A stretch of 64,000 nucleotides of DNA from Octopus bimaculoides (lineage: Eukaryota), in assembly GCF_001194135.2 (NCBI RefSeq), contig NC_068988.1, positions 16,515,715 through 16,579,714 on the forward strand, read 5' to 3'. Of this stretch, positions 26,571 to 40,059 are shown piece after piece. A program made the translations under genes and the position numbers. The stretch's first letter is position 1, and each line of letters begins with the position of its first letter. The notes under the pieces were generated by a model. The model was not told the DNA's origin and did no database searches. It worked only from the letters and a program-made list of their open reading frames with translations.

Positions 26571-26619
26571 GTCTTACAGCTGTTTCAGGGAAAATTCAAT
26601 GTATCACTTCATCGGAGAC
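26571..26619 (-). ncRNA. Minimal type I hammerhead ribozyme motif (Penelope-type)
   Basis: Minus strand reads GTCT CCGATGA AGTGA TACATTGAATTT TCCCT GAAAC AGCT GTA AGAC: stem I GTCT/AGAC, stem II 4 of 5 pairs, GAAAC, palindromic ACAGCTGT stem III, GUA cleavage triplet. Confidence 0.75.
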
Positions 26620-27711
26620 GGTAATAGTAGAAGATAGAGATTATTACATCTGTATGAGTAGATTTGCAGAAAGAAATGAGAGCGATACGGAGAAGAAAAA
26701 AAAACAAAGAAGAAAAAAGTACTTGGAGTATAGTTCCATTCCAACAGTAAATATCCATGTATAGAATCCGTGCAGATATTCTCCAGTGATAATTATAGTT
26801 GCTCCATATACTAAGAATCGCACACAGACATACATTCACGCACACATCAGGCCTATCCCTGTCCCTCTGTGTGTGCGTCTCTCTCTCTCTCTCTCTTGAT
26901 GTGTGTGAGTATGTGTGAGTATGTGTGTGTTTGTCAGTCGTCACAAAAATGTATGTATACTCACACATAGCCTGTCATATACGCTCACACGCATATACTT
27001 CTCAGTCATCGGGCTAACATATAACAAACGCACCAACACACACACATACTCGCAGACACATACACACTAATACACATATGTATATGTATGTGTAGATGTG
27101 TGTGTGTATGTTTGATTGGCTGATTATAGCACATACCCTCGCACACACATACGCTCTGTCATACACTCATATGCATATACTAAGGCAGACACACACAGAC
27201 ATACCTTCACGGACACCGCTGGCCTATATCTTAGCCCTCAGCCTAACGAGCGCGCAAACACACACACACATTTACAGGCACGTACACACTCATGTAGAAA
27301 ATGTTGCGCTGTTGTATAAAATATCGATTTCGATAATTGACTTATAGAAAGATTATTTTGTTAAATTTTTGTAATGGAAACGTGTAAAGAAAAAATATAG
27401 TTCATTTGATAGCCGAAAGATTACGGGATCTTTTGATACCCCATACGTCAAAATTGGTGACTAAGTTTTCGAATGCATAAGGAGCATCTACTCACACACC
27501 CACACACACACACGCCCCCCCCCCCCNNNNNNNNNNNNNNNNNNNNNNNNNNNNNNNNNNNNNNNNNNNNNNNNNNNNNNNNNNNNNNNNNNNNNNNNNN
27601 NNNNNNNNNNNNNNNNNNNNNNNNNNNNNNNNNNNNNNNNNNNNNNNNNNNNNNNNNNNNNNNNNNNNNNNNNNNNNNNNNNNNNNNNNNNNNNNNNNNN
27701 NNNNNNNNNNN

Positions 27712-27751
<40 letters not shown>

Positions 27752-28266
27752 TGAAAAACAATTAGGCAAAAAGGAATTCTGCAAATATGTGAACTTATAG
27801 ACAACAGTTTTTATTTTTAAACATTAATGTTATAAACTTTAAGCGAATAGCGTATCCTGCTCTATTATTAGTATTACTGTAGAGAAATCTCAGACAAATT
27901 TCCATCCTACCATATTGAGATTTTTAGTCATTCAAATCTCTTTGCAACAGCAAAAATTGAAAATACGAAATATCACTTTGCCTCATTAGCAATATTGTAT
28001 GAGAAACTAATAATCATATGGTGTTCTAGTTTATTTCATGTAATGAATGGAGTCTTGTACTGAAGTAAAACTTTAGCAACTTCATTGCAAAATTAGCGAT
28101 GCTGTAAGTTTATTATGCCATCGTTATGTACTGTAAAATGTATTGATAAATGTATCAACAATGAAACTGTCTGAAGACATATATGCGACATGCAAATATG
28201 CAGACACTTGTACACCTACACTCACGGGCAATTACGCACACACACATACAAACTTGCACGCACACG

Positions 28267-28315
<49 letters not shown>

Positions 28316-28480
28316 ACACTCATGTACATATACTTTTATATGTGCTTGTACGTAAGATTTTATCTCTAATTATGTCACGGTATGTTTATGCATGTGGTCG
28401 ACTCAATTTATACGGATATAATCTCAGAGCATTTTTCTAAATGCTTAATTTCAGAAGATACTAATCTTCCGTGAGTGTGA

Positions 28481-28582
<102 letters not shown>

Positions 28583-28767
28583 GGCGTGGCATATCTGGGG
28601 AGCGGGATAGTCGATCACATCAAATGGTATTTAATTTGTCAACCCGAAATGATGAAAGGCAAAGTCGACCTCAGCAGAACAGAATTTGAACTCAGAACAT
28701 AAGGATGAACGAAATGCCGCTAAGCATTCTCCCCAGCGTGCTAACGATTCTGCCAGCTCACCGCCTT
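28583..28767 (-). mobile_element. Family A SINE
   Basis: gatgaaaggcaaagtcgacctcagc...gtgctaacgattctgccagctcaccgcc. Confidence 0.85.
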
Positions 28768-28835
28768 CGTAATAATAATAATAATAATAATAATAATATT
28801 AACAATAATGATTTTGTTCTTGTTTTCATTATTAC

Positions 28836-28836
<1 letters not shown>

Positions 28837-28908
<72 letters not shown>

Positions 28909-29310
28909 GTTGGTATTGTTGTTGTTTTACTTCTCAGAACGCTCAGTTTTGTTTGTTCTCGTAGATTTTGTGAGAGCGAACAGCATCCTGCTGTTAGAAG
29001 TGCCAAAGGGTCTCTTCCGCACAATGTAAGCTTCGATATTTGGTTGATAATTATAGTGGGAGGACATTCAACATTGAAGTACCAATCTCAAAATCCTAGC
29101 TGTACCTACTAGAGCAGTTTTTCGGGCCTGCACCGCTCTCAAGTCAATTCCGATTTCTATGATATATTTCTCGAACTTGGTTCCTGGAATGACAGACACT
29201 CTCCTCATTGTTCACATTCTGACAATTTCGTCCTTTAGTAGCCTGTATTTGTCAATCTTTCCTAGTTCTTTGTCACTTATGCGCATATCCCCAGGTATTT
29301 CAATATCTAT
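28837..29310 (-). mobile_element. 5'-truncated R4/Dong-clade (RLE) non-LTR retrotransposon: ORF end, 3' UTR and (AAT)n tail
   Basis: 29310-29068 reads IDIEIPGDMRISDKELGKIDKYRLLKDEIVRM*...RKTALVGTARILRLVLQC*, matching the RLE DxxxP...KxxKY and KTALLGTARILR motifs; about 160-nt UTR, then (AAT)24 on the minus strand. Confidence 0.85.
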
Positions 29311-29342
29311 ATTGTTATTATTGTTGTTGTTGTTATTACGAA

Positions 29343-29535
29343 GGCAGCGAGCTGGCAGAATCGTTAGCACGCCGGGTCGAATGCTTAGATGTATTTCGTC
29401 GGCCGCTACGTTCTGAGATCAAATTCCACCGAAGTTGACTTTGCCTTTCATCCTCATAGAGTCGATGAAATAAGTCCCAGTTACGCACTAGTCTCCTTCC
29501 TCGAAAGATTTTCAAGGTCTTGGGCCTAGATTAGA

Positions 29536-29569
<34 letters not shown>

Positions 29570-29570
29570 T
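29343..29570 (+). mobile_element. Family A SINE with (ATT)n tail
   Basis: ggcagcgagctggcagaatcgttagcacgccggg...gttgactttgcctttcatcc. Confidence 0.85.
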
Positions 29571-31209
29571 AAAACTTTTTTATCGTGTTGAATCCAAAAC
29601 TGGGTGCAGAAAAATAATCTCGCTCTGTATTGATTTTTCATTCTCTTCTGCTCTATTTCTCTTTCAAAAACAAAAGTAAAGTGCATTCAATACAAAAGAA
29701 ATTTTAACAATACGCAGTACGCGATTATAGATTTAAAGCTACTGTTTCGTTTATTTGAGAATCCTCGTTTTCATTTCCAGTCATATTATGACTCTGTCTT
29801 CGTGCAGTGACAAAATAAGAATATATATTTTCGCTTGATTGTGTGGTCAAGAATCGCACTTCGCAGCCACGAATTTTCTGGTTGAGCTACATTAGATGGA
29901 CGCTTAAGTTTCTTGTACTGTAACCCTGGACCGACTAATGTCTTGTGATTGAAACTCGAACACGGAATGTGTGAAAGCCCACATGTAATATTCCAATAAA
30001 TATAGCAAAGCATTTAGATATTTCAACAATAAATGACACTTGATAATAATTGCATTTCTTTTTAGCAGCAAGCTAATTAAATGTCGTGACGTAGAATGTC
30101 TATATTTATTTTCTTATTCTTTTATATTTTCTTTATATAATGACGTCACGATGATTTTAAATACTAAACTCAATTTTCTTAGAATATTTTTTGTTTTTTC
30201 TATGTGCTCATCTATTAGACATATTATCTCAGTTGACTTTGATTTGGGTTAATTTGATATTATTGTGTTAGCATAAATTATCAGAGATATTGTTTTTCCT
30301 GGTATTTTATACGTTTCTCTATATCTAAATATTTTGGCACACTAAAAACGATTGTTTGTAATGTACGGTGTAACCATCAATAAAATATGTAATTTTCTCC
30401 ATTCTTGTTCTTCTTGTCATATTCTCCAAATTTCTTGTGATTCTTCAAGGCGATATTTCGAGTTACTTCTTATGCCTGAGGAATTACCTACGATGCTAAT
30501 TCTATTTCCGTTTATCGGTATCTAATTGTATGGTATAAATAAACAAGTTCACTTAACACTGAGTGCTTTCTAGAATTCACATCTAAGACTTCGAACATAA
30601 AGAATGTAGGATCTATTTTGAGTCCCTTCATCTCTGTGACATATATATATAGAGAGAGAAGCATGGGTGTTTATGACCATGTGCGTACATATATATANNN
30701 NNNNNNNNNNNNNNNNNNNNNNNNNNNNNNNNNNNNNNNNNNNNNNNNNNNNNNNNNNNNNNNNNNNNNNNNNNNNNNNNNNNNNNNNNNNNNNNNNNNN
30801 NNNNNNNNNNNNNNNNNNNNNNNNNNNNNNNNNNNNNNNNNNNNNNNNNNNNNNNNNNNNNNNNNNNNNNNNNNNNNNNNNNNNNNNNNNNNNNNNNNNN
30901 NNNNNNNNNNNNNNNNNNNNNNNNNNNNNNNNNNNNNNNNNNNNNNNNNNNNNNNATATATATATATATATAATGTACGTATGTATGTATATGAGTATCC
31001 GTGTTTGTGCAACCCAAACCACATGACAAACAGGGTTAGTTTCTTTACTTCCGTGCATGCTAACGTTTCACGAAAAATTGATTGATAGAATAAGAGCTAA
31101 CTCTGTGTGTGTGTGTGTGTATGTGTGTGTGTGTGTGTGTGTGTATGTGTGTGTGTTAGTGTGTGTTGTGTGTATTTTTGCGTAAATGTATGTTTGTGAA
31201 AATGAATGT

Positions 31210-31350
31210 GTCGATTACATTGACCCCAAATGCTTAACTGGTACTTATTATAGTGACCCCGAAAGTTAGAGAGGCAAAGTCAACCTCGGCAGAATTAGAA
31301 CTCAGAATTTGAACGTGAAGACGGATGAAATGCTTGTAACGATTGTGTGA
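31210..31350 (-). mobile_element. Family A SINE fragment
   Basis: actggtacttatt...gaggcaaagtcaacctcggcagaatt. Confidence 0.7.
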
Positions 31351-32442
31351 ACTCACCGTATTCCCGTGTCGGAAATACTATCTGACATTTCTTTCTAAAT
31401 ATGTCGGTGAATTTATTATTCCTTGAGTACTACGATGATTTAGATACTAAGAATATATCCCTCAAAAAATGAGCCATAATATTTCCTATATTCACATGGA
31501 AAAGTTATCTATCTGGCATTCTAGCTTAAATACTTTTGTTGTGTATAATAGGTTAAGATATATAAACGACAACACAATGAAACTTTAGTTACACAATCAG
31601 TAATATGCATGTATAAATATATAATACAAGAATGTCGTGGTAAAAAATAGGTCGAACTAATAAAAAGAACATTGTATTTATTTGAAATAATTAAAAAAGA
31701 TGTACGTTAGGATATATCTAATTTATGCATTAACATCAAAACTAGAGAGAAATTTTAAAGAGGCCATCATTTATAAATTGAATCGAATATATACCATACA
31801 ATGTAACACAAATCAAATTTGCTACTCAATTTACTTCAATATATTGTTGAACGCTTTGATGACGACAGATGGAATGAATTAAGGGGATAACTGAAATTAC
31901 TCTACAACAGAAATATAAAAGTCTTTGGAAATACGTAAAACACAATTCTATTTAGGAAATGTATACTATAACAAGTAATAATATTAACACATTAAAACAT
32001 TACTATTCGTTCTAGACGCTGTAGCCTATACTAATAAATAACTATTTGTATATTGATAAATGTCTCTCGTAGACGTACGTGAAGGCTCAGCGCAGAAACA
32101 AGAGAACACTGTTGGGCAAAAATAGAGAATACTCTTCCTGTTATATTACTGGCGAGATGGGAACAGTGTTGATTGGTATGGTATTAGTGACAACATAGGA
32201 AACGTTGGCTTTGTAAATGGTGGATCGGAAGAGAGGGATAGAGAGGGAGAGGGAGAGGGAGAAAGAGAAAGAGAAACAGAAAGGAACAAATAAAGAGAGA
32301 GAGAGAGAGAGAGAGCAGCAGGAGGAATGTCTAATGTGATGTTACACCGCCTTTCATCTTTATTTTCTCGTTTCATTTCCCTTTCTCTTTCTCCATCTAC
32401 CAATCACCAATACCAGAATCAACCTCACTACTGCAGTATCAT

Positions 32443-32927
32443 CATTACCGCCATCAGTTTGTTTCTTGTCATTTCAACTACTTCCCTTAACCTTACACAG
32501 ACTTTGGGGAGATGAGAAACCCGATATATATATCTTGATGGGTGTTTTCGGGCGATTATAGTCCCTGTCAGTATATATGAATACAATTACGTGCTTTGAC
32601 TTCAGCATTAGATAATTTTAGCTCTAATTTCTAGAAATGTAGGTGTTTCTATCATCTCAGTCAAATTTAGAGACAATTATAGAGACATTACCGCCATCAG
32701 TTTGTTTCTTGTCATTTCAACTACTTCCCTTAACCTTACACAGACTTTGGGGAGATGAGAAACCCGATATATATATATCTTGATGGGTGTTTTCGGGCGA
32801 TTATAGTCCCTGTCAGTATATATGAATACAATTACGTGCTTTGACTTCAGCATTAGATAATTTTAGCTCTAATTTCTAGAAATGTAGGTGTTTCTATCAT
32901 CTCAGTCAAATTTAGAGACAATTATAG
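32443..32927 (+). repeat. Near-identical tandem duplication (240 and 242 bp, 3-bp spacer)
   Basis: Units start cattaccgccatcag at 32443 and 32686; the only difference I see is one extra AT in an (AT)n run. Confidence 0.95.
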
Positions 32928-33249
32928 TTTTCCATTTTGGTTAAACATTGCACACTGCTGTCTATTATAAATACAAACACACGCACACACACACACACAC
33001 ACAGACACAGATGCACATGCACACACTCACATATATATATATAAATGTATATACGTTTACCTTTAGTATTGACACGTTGCGTATCAATTTGAGTATCAAA
33101 CATGGTTGTCGAGTTGTGACAGGCCACAATGATAGTACAAGCGAGGAAAAAATAATCGCATTGCAAGCACACAGAGCAAGTAAATCTTGTAAGTAAATCT
33201 GTAAGCAAGTAAATCTCCACGTGAACCAGCTTAGATTAGAATGATGCAT

Positions 33250-34600
33250 ACAGGTTATTACTGACTAATGATCTGAATTTCACTACCAGTGCATTCTTGA
33301 AAAGTGTACAATCTTGAAACGTGGGCAGTTAGAACCGTTTACTATACAAACAAAGACTAGAGAATATTGAATTTACCACCATTAAAGAGTTTATTATATG
33401 TATGAATTTGTGAGAAATGCTGTCTAGTTAACAGCAGGAAGCTTGCAACCACATCAGTGAAAGCATGTAGGTTGAAACGTTCTGTTTCAATTGATCTTCG
33501 TAAAGCTTGTCCTCAATTGTACATCGTCATAATGAAGGGTGTACCTATAAAATTTCTCTGACTTCATCGACAGCTGAAAATTCTTGTGCTGATGTCTCTG
33601 CCTAGGTTTCTTATTAGACCTGAGATCAGTTGTAGTTTCTAAAGATAAAATCCATTTTCTTGTTTTTAAGGTTAATACATTCCTGTTTCGAAATATAGTG
33701 TGACTTCCAAGAAGCTGATTGCGGTAAAAGATATAATAAAATCAAATCCTTGAAGATGTTGATATGATTCCTATTTAATGGAACTATGGCGTGGCCATTC
33801 ATATAGGTTGAAGTTGCCGAATCATCATCTCTATACATATCGAACTATTGAGATGTGTGTTTTTAAGGTTAAGGAATCAGTCGCGTTGTAGCTACCGACG
33901 GATACAAATAATGGGTCTTCTTCTTGAAGAGCAAGTCACAATGCTCGTGTTGAAGGATTGACTGCTTAGCGTTTCTATTAAATTCTCTACCAATCTCTGG
34001 GGTTTTCAGGAGGAGAGATATCGATGTAGAAATATATGATATAGAAATGAGTGAATTTGTAGGCTACTTTATTCTCGATTCCGTAGAACTGCTTACTTAT
34101 ATCTGCGCTGATATCGTATTGAATGGTTCTCTTTCTGATATCACAGTGAATGACGTCAAGAATACACTTACAAAGGATATCCAGTTCTTAACGAACTTGA
34201 TTAACCAGGATTTCCGGTAGGAAAGGAAGTTGGATATTTGTTCCTGAAGCCGAATATCCAGGTCGAGGAATGTGTTGCTTTTGGGATGATATTTGTTATG
34301 ATGCAGAGGGTATTTTAATGTTTGTTTAGTATACTTCCCTTTTATTTATCAGCAAGCAGGTGTACATTAATTGATTGTTATTGTGTTGATTCGCTTATGT
34401 ACTCGCAAAGAATCGATATAAATTTTTGCAAATTTGTATTTGATATTCTTATTGTCAGATAAGTTTGTACATTTATGGTAACCAATAACCCTCAGCCTCG
34501 TAGTTTCAGGAGGCCATATTTCTTATGGATGAATGAATTCACTTCAATATGATGTTCCGTTTATGAATCCTTTAACGTTATTTATTGAACAATAGAATGT
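33250..34600 (-). pseudogene. Decayed Penelope-like element reverse transcriptase plus linker
   Basis: Colinear degenerate motifs ITLKD, VGSYNATD (cf. MGSYDGAE), YRDD (about 33824-33835; cf. GLYRDDGL), SFLEVTL, ISTRI, FNLH..V..FL.L..QHF (cf. WFNPP..V...FL.LIDKHF) and NKLFN; many stops and frameshifts. Confidence 0.8.
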
Positions 34601-34971
34601 TTTAATGACTATGAAAGTATCATAATGATGGATGCAGGAAATAGCACTCAGCAAACATTTAATTTCCTCTTTCTGACAATTTCCGTAGCAAAACATAAAC
34701 AAAAATATCTTACGTTACTGAGGCAGCATATCTTCATCGACTACTCAGCTTCATATTTTGTGACATTGATCCGTAACCATGTGAGAACACCAACTGTTAT
34801 AGAATATTAGTAACAAGTCTAGAATATTAGTTATACGCCTACATAAATACGGACACTCAAGCAAACATACATACAGACACATAGACAGTTGCGCATTTAT
34901 AAAAATGTTGGTTTCAAAATAAATCCACGTAAATGAACCCCATCTGATATATATATCTACACCAATCTTAT

Positions 34972-35196
34972 TTCATTATTACCCACAAGGGGCTAAGCAT
35001 AGAGGGGACAAACAAGGACAGATAAAGGGATTAAGTCGATTACATCGACCCCAGTGTGTAACTGGTACTTAATTTATCGACCCCGAAAGGATGAAGGCAA
35101 AGTCGACCTTGGCGGAAGTTGAACTCAGAACGTAACGGCAGGCGAAATACCACTAAGCATTTCACCCGGCATGCTAACGTTTCTGCCAATCTTGCC
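34972..35196 (-). mobile_element. Well-preserved family A SINE with alternative 3' tail (OR2-like)
   Basis: cccacaaggggctaagcatagaggggacaaacaaggacag...gtcgattacatcgaccccagt...ggatgaaggcaaagtcgacc. Confidence 0.85.
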
Positions 35197-36745
35197 TAAA
35201 CGAAACCTTCAATATATATGTCTCTTAGCACATCTATGACAGTCGTTGTTCCTTATAGTATCCCACTTCTATGTAATAGCGGATTCCGTTTATCAAGGTT
35301 GATCATGCATTGTATATGCATGTGCAGTCCTGCGTAACGTTTATTTGGAGGTGATAAACAAGTTACCATTCATGTAATTGTGTTTATTTAAAAGACAGGC
35401 TGCTGTTGACAGCGGGTAATGTTTAAGCATGTGTATCATCAGAGGTTTTGCTGCAAAATCGCGAATAATAGGACAGATACCACAGGGCATCTTGCCTTAC
35501 TAACATTTCTGCCAATCCATCGCTCATAAGAATGAAAGATTGGAAGAAGTGTTCATAGAGTCAGGAACAAACCCCGCGATGCATTCTCACAACTTCCATA
35601 GGAAGTTTCTCATTCATAGCCTTAGGTCTCATCGTTTCCTAAAATCAGTTGTTGATGCAGGATTTTAGATGTTTCTGTAATTCTTAATACTTTCTTCATT
35701 TCTCTAAGCTTTCTTAGAAACCATAGATTCAAAACTAACATGGAATGCAAAGGGGACCTAAATGTAAAGCTTCCTTCCTACCCAGACAAATATACTTAAC
35801 AACTATGTTTCATTAGATAATTAGTTTGATAAATTTATTTAAATGTAACATTTTATTTAATTCTTATTTCAATGTCTTATAAACTGCGATTTATATTTTT
35901 GAATATGATCCAAATTATTAAAGTTTAATTTGAGGTTAAATCTTTCAAATATAGTTTTATTCCTAGACAGTCGTTGTAGCGATTTACTATTTATATCTTT
36001 ACACTATTTGATTTTAAACAGTTTTTATATTGTTAGTATAATTTTTGTATTGGCATCCCACAATATCTTAGATTTGTCTGGAATTTGTCGCTTCGCTAAA
36101 ATAATTCTATTTGCTTCTGTTCATTCGAAAAATTCTATTTTAATTATACTCAAATTTATTATAATAATTTTTTTCAGCCGTTTTATTTCTATCGCGCACT
36201 TAACTTAGCAACAAAGTTAATACATTGTGTTTTGGGTGTGTGAAATATATATTTTTTTTCTTTTAATTGGTAACCGTATTTATTTCTTTATAATATGGAG
36301 TGTATTGGAAGCACCGTGTGCTCAGTGCTTAGCGATGCTATTTTCGGTATGTTACGTGTATTTGTTTAAATTGTGTTTCCATTAACTGTTTGTCTGTATC
36401 TATTTTAATCATTGTCACTGTACTTGGTATTATAGGAAGTGGTTCAGATTTTGATTTTCACGTTCTGATTTTTTCTGCTTGTATACTTTATATTGCAATA
36501 ATTTCTACTTTGCCCTTAGATATCATCATTTGGGACTAGTACCATCGTACAGAGGCAATACTTTCCATAGTGGACAGCAAATATTTTATATATTAGCCTT
36601 TATCTTGAGTCAATGTGTTGGTATAGTCTATTATATATTTACTTCATTGAGTATCACCCTGTTCGCTGAAACACTTTCCGGTGTGTTTTGAAGCCAATTT
36701 TCTTTACTGTTATTTGATTTTCTTATATAATCATATTATTATTAA

Positions 36746-36965
36746 GGCGGTGAGCTGGTAGAATTGTAAGCACGCCGAGATAAATGCTTAGCAGCATTTC
36801 GTCCGTCTTTACATTCTAAGTTCAAAATCCGCCGAGATCAACTTTGCTTTTCATTCTTTCGGGGTCGATGAAATAAGTACCAGTGGAATACTGGGTCGAT
36901 AAAATCGACAAGACTCCTCCCCAAAATTTCAGGCCCTGTGCTTATTGTAGAAAGTATTATTATTA
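36746..36965 (+). mobile_element. Family A SINE, full length
   Basis: ggcggtgagctggtagaattgtaagcacgcc...ttcggggtcgatgaaataagtaccag...gaaagt(att)n. Confidence 0.85.
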
Positions 36966-37050
36966 TGATCTTGTTTAACACATTGACTGGGGAATATAGT
37001 AAAGTGTCAATTGTCCACAACCAAGAGACTAAGTTGATAATGTTCATTCA

Positions 37051-37083
<33 letters not shown>

Positions 37084-37106
37084 TATTATTATTATTATTA
37101 CTATTA

Positions 37107-37993
37107 TTATCACTTTCACCTTAGCGAAGGCGGAGGTATTGTTTTCAGTTGTGTTTGTTTACTTGTTTGTCCTTGGACAAGATATCTCAAGAACCGCTGG
37201 ATGGATTCGAATGAAACTTTGAGATATTTGGTCTTGTGACTGGCACAAACTGGTTAGATTTTGGATCGATCCCGAACTGAGCAAGAATTCTGGATTATTT
37301 TTTATATTTACTTTACTTTACATGATTACAATCTTACTTTGACTTTCAAGTTTTTCTCAATTATGTCTCTTTAGGCTGTTTCTAAAGTTTTATTTTCGTC
37401 TCTCTATTACCAATTTTACTCGCGTCTCTATCTTAGTAATCAAACTACATGAACAAACGGCAGAAAAAACATCCAGAAATTAAATGCCACCTACATATTT
37501 TATAATATATATATTACATATTATACATACACAGTAACACTTTACAGTATCCTTACATATATACATACATCTATACATCGGTCTAAAATAACAAGAATAC
37601 TATAGGAAAGTCGGAATTTGAGAAAAGAGAAAACCAAAAGGTCGCATGCTATTCATTTTAAAATTCCTGAGTAAAACTTATAAGTATTACCTCTGCCTTT
37701 AAAATTATTTTGAATGGTGAATTTGTTAACTTTGGCTTGGATTAGATAAGGATAAAGTATTTATTAGTTACTAAATTTTCTCCGGCCACCTTCACATTCC
37801 ATGACTACCATTGGGATCGATCAGATACCGGACAAGGATTCTGGATTATTTCTCCGTTTTTATTTTACTTAATTTTTGTGAACGGTTGGGTTCATTCGTT
37901 TGTGAGAGTAGTCGAGTTTATTTCAGATGACTAATCGTTAAGAGGACGTTGGTGTTTCCTTGGGTGATGTTTGAGCTCTCTGAGTGCTCTTGT
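37107..37993 (+). mobile_element. Probable Helentron-associated non-autonomous element (HINE/DINE-1-like), interrupted or two fused copies
   Basis: 5' ccttagcgaaggcggaggt followed by a GTTT-like microsatellite; 3' degenerate ccttgggtgatgt plus terminal hairpin GAGCTCTC-T-GAGTGCTC (37973-37989) then T-rich flank; motif ggatcgatc...attctggattatt occurs at about 37263 and 37814. Confidence 0.45.
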
Positions 37994-40059
37994 TATTATT
38001 ATTATTTTTATTATCATTATTGAGTGAGACAGAAGCGCTTGCCACCATCAAAGTGACGCTGAGTTACAAATATACGAAGCCCGATGTACACATCATGGCT
38101 ACTCGTCTGATAAGGATACACCAAGTATATGCATCACAACCATCACTGCGCGAGATAGTGACCTCATATTAAAACAAATAGCTCATGACCTTGCGTTTAC
38201 TACTACTACTACTAATGCCACTACTACTACTACTTCCCTCAGTATTCTGTAACCGATTTAACATTGATTTTAGATAACTAATGATGAACTTTAAATGTGA
38301 GCTTTGGTAATCAGCTGAAAGCTTTATTGTAGATCAAATCCTAAACAAACAGAGCTACATAATATTTTAGTTGTTCTCGGGAAGAGAACTGTCTACTTGT
38401 ATCTCATATCATTTTAAGTTGATCCTTTTGATTAGTTGAACGCAATTCATTTCTCATAAACTGCCGCTGCTAGTGACATTACCAGATGTGAATTCGTTGA
38501 ATAGCAGCATTCTCTCTAAATGCCATATCAATTTTTGAGAACCAATAATTTAAGTTCTAACCCTGGAGAGTTGACATCTCTTTTATCCTTCCTCTACTGA
38601 TAATATGATTTGCTACTACTGGTTTGATTTCTCTCCGCCAATTTGAATGAATTCAAATTTTAATTTGATAATGAATATCAGTCTGGTAATTATGGCTTAG
38701 TACATATGATTAATATAAGTAATAACAAATTCAGAAGTTGTTTAATGACAGTGCTGAAAACATCTATTGTGAATATGGAAGACATCCTACTTTTAAAACT
38801 TATACCAGCACAATCTCCAGCAGCATCTTCTTACAAAACCATTGCATTGAAGTTCTGGTATCAAGTACTACTGTCTCGATTCGGTCTGGTAATGAATTAT
38901 ATCAACGTAAGAGATGATCACTAAATAAACATTTGCAACGACGTATCAGGGGTGATGAGTCGGTGATCTTCAAAGCTGGAGCAGCTACAAGTGAATACAA
39001 TTAGATTCTCATATTAACATTATTCGTTACAACAGCTTTAGAATAAGGCTCAAAGCGGTTGCATAAATGCATGAAATAAAATATTAATGAGTTTATGTAC
39101 AAACACGGGCACACGGAGACACACGGACACAACTGTACGCACATACTTGTGTTTGTGATTCAGTGTTTGTTTAAGATTATTATTTTTAAGTAATTCTGAA
39201 AACAGCAGAATGTTTACTGATGAGAAGTAAATACTGAAATTCTAAATGTAGAATCAAATTAATTGTAAAATTCTTTATGATTGCCATTATAAGTTTCGCT
39301 TGAGGCCTCATTGAACGAATAATATTTACTGTGTAAACATCAGAAAGAAATTTTTCCTGCATTGGTTGAATAAGCCGTCATGTTTTTTTTTATGTAAGCT
39401 GTACGTATATATGTACACATATCTGAATTTATATACATACATGCACACACGCGTGCGCGCAACACACCTCGCCACATACATACATACATACACGCACGTA
39501 CGCACATACACATACACACGTTCATGCACACACACACACACAAACATGCAGACAAACATATGTATACTGATATAAGCATGCCTATATAGACACACATACA
39601 TACGTACATCTTGATATAATGTTGGCACATGTGTATGTGTGTATATGAAAGTATGTATGTATGCATGTATGTATGTTGTTTTCTAATATTAATTATTAGA
39701 AATCTTCTTATACGGAAGCAGCTAGTTTCTAATAAAGATACAAAACTTGGTCGTGGGAGTATATACAACAGATAGCAAAAGCAATGTCACATTTTGAAAT
39801 TGAGAAATGTCTTACATTTTAACGTTTCAGTTAGCATGTTGAATTCTTTACTGAAGCCCTAACACGTACTGAGTGTCACTTAGACATTTATTTACAGAAC
39901 CAGCTGTACCAAATATTATTGGTATAAATATGAATTTATGATCTAGATATATAACCCAAAGATTTCGGAGCAGTTGTCCACAGTTGTCCTTATCTTCAAT
40001 TGTTTCAAGAAATATTCACATGAGTAGTACGACTGACCTCTATGACGGTTCATAACCTT

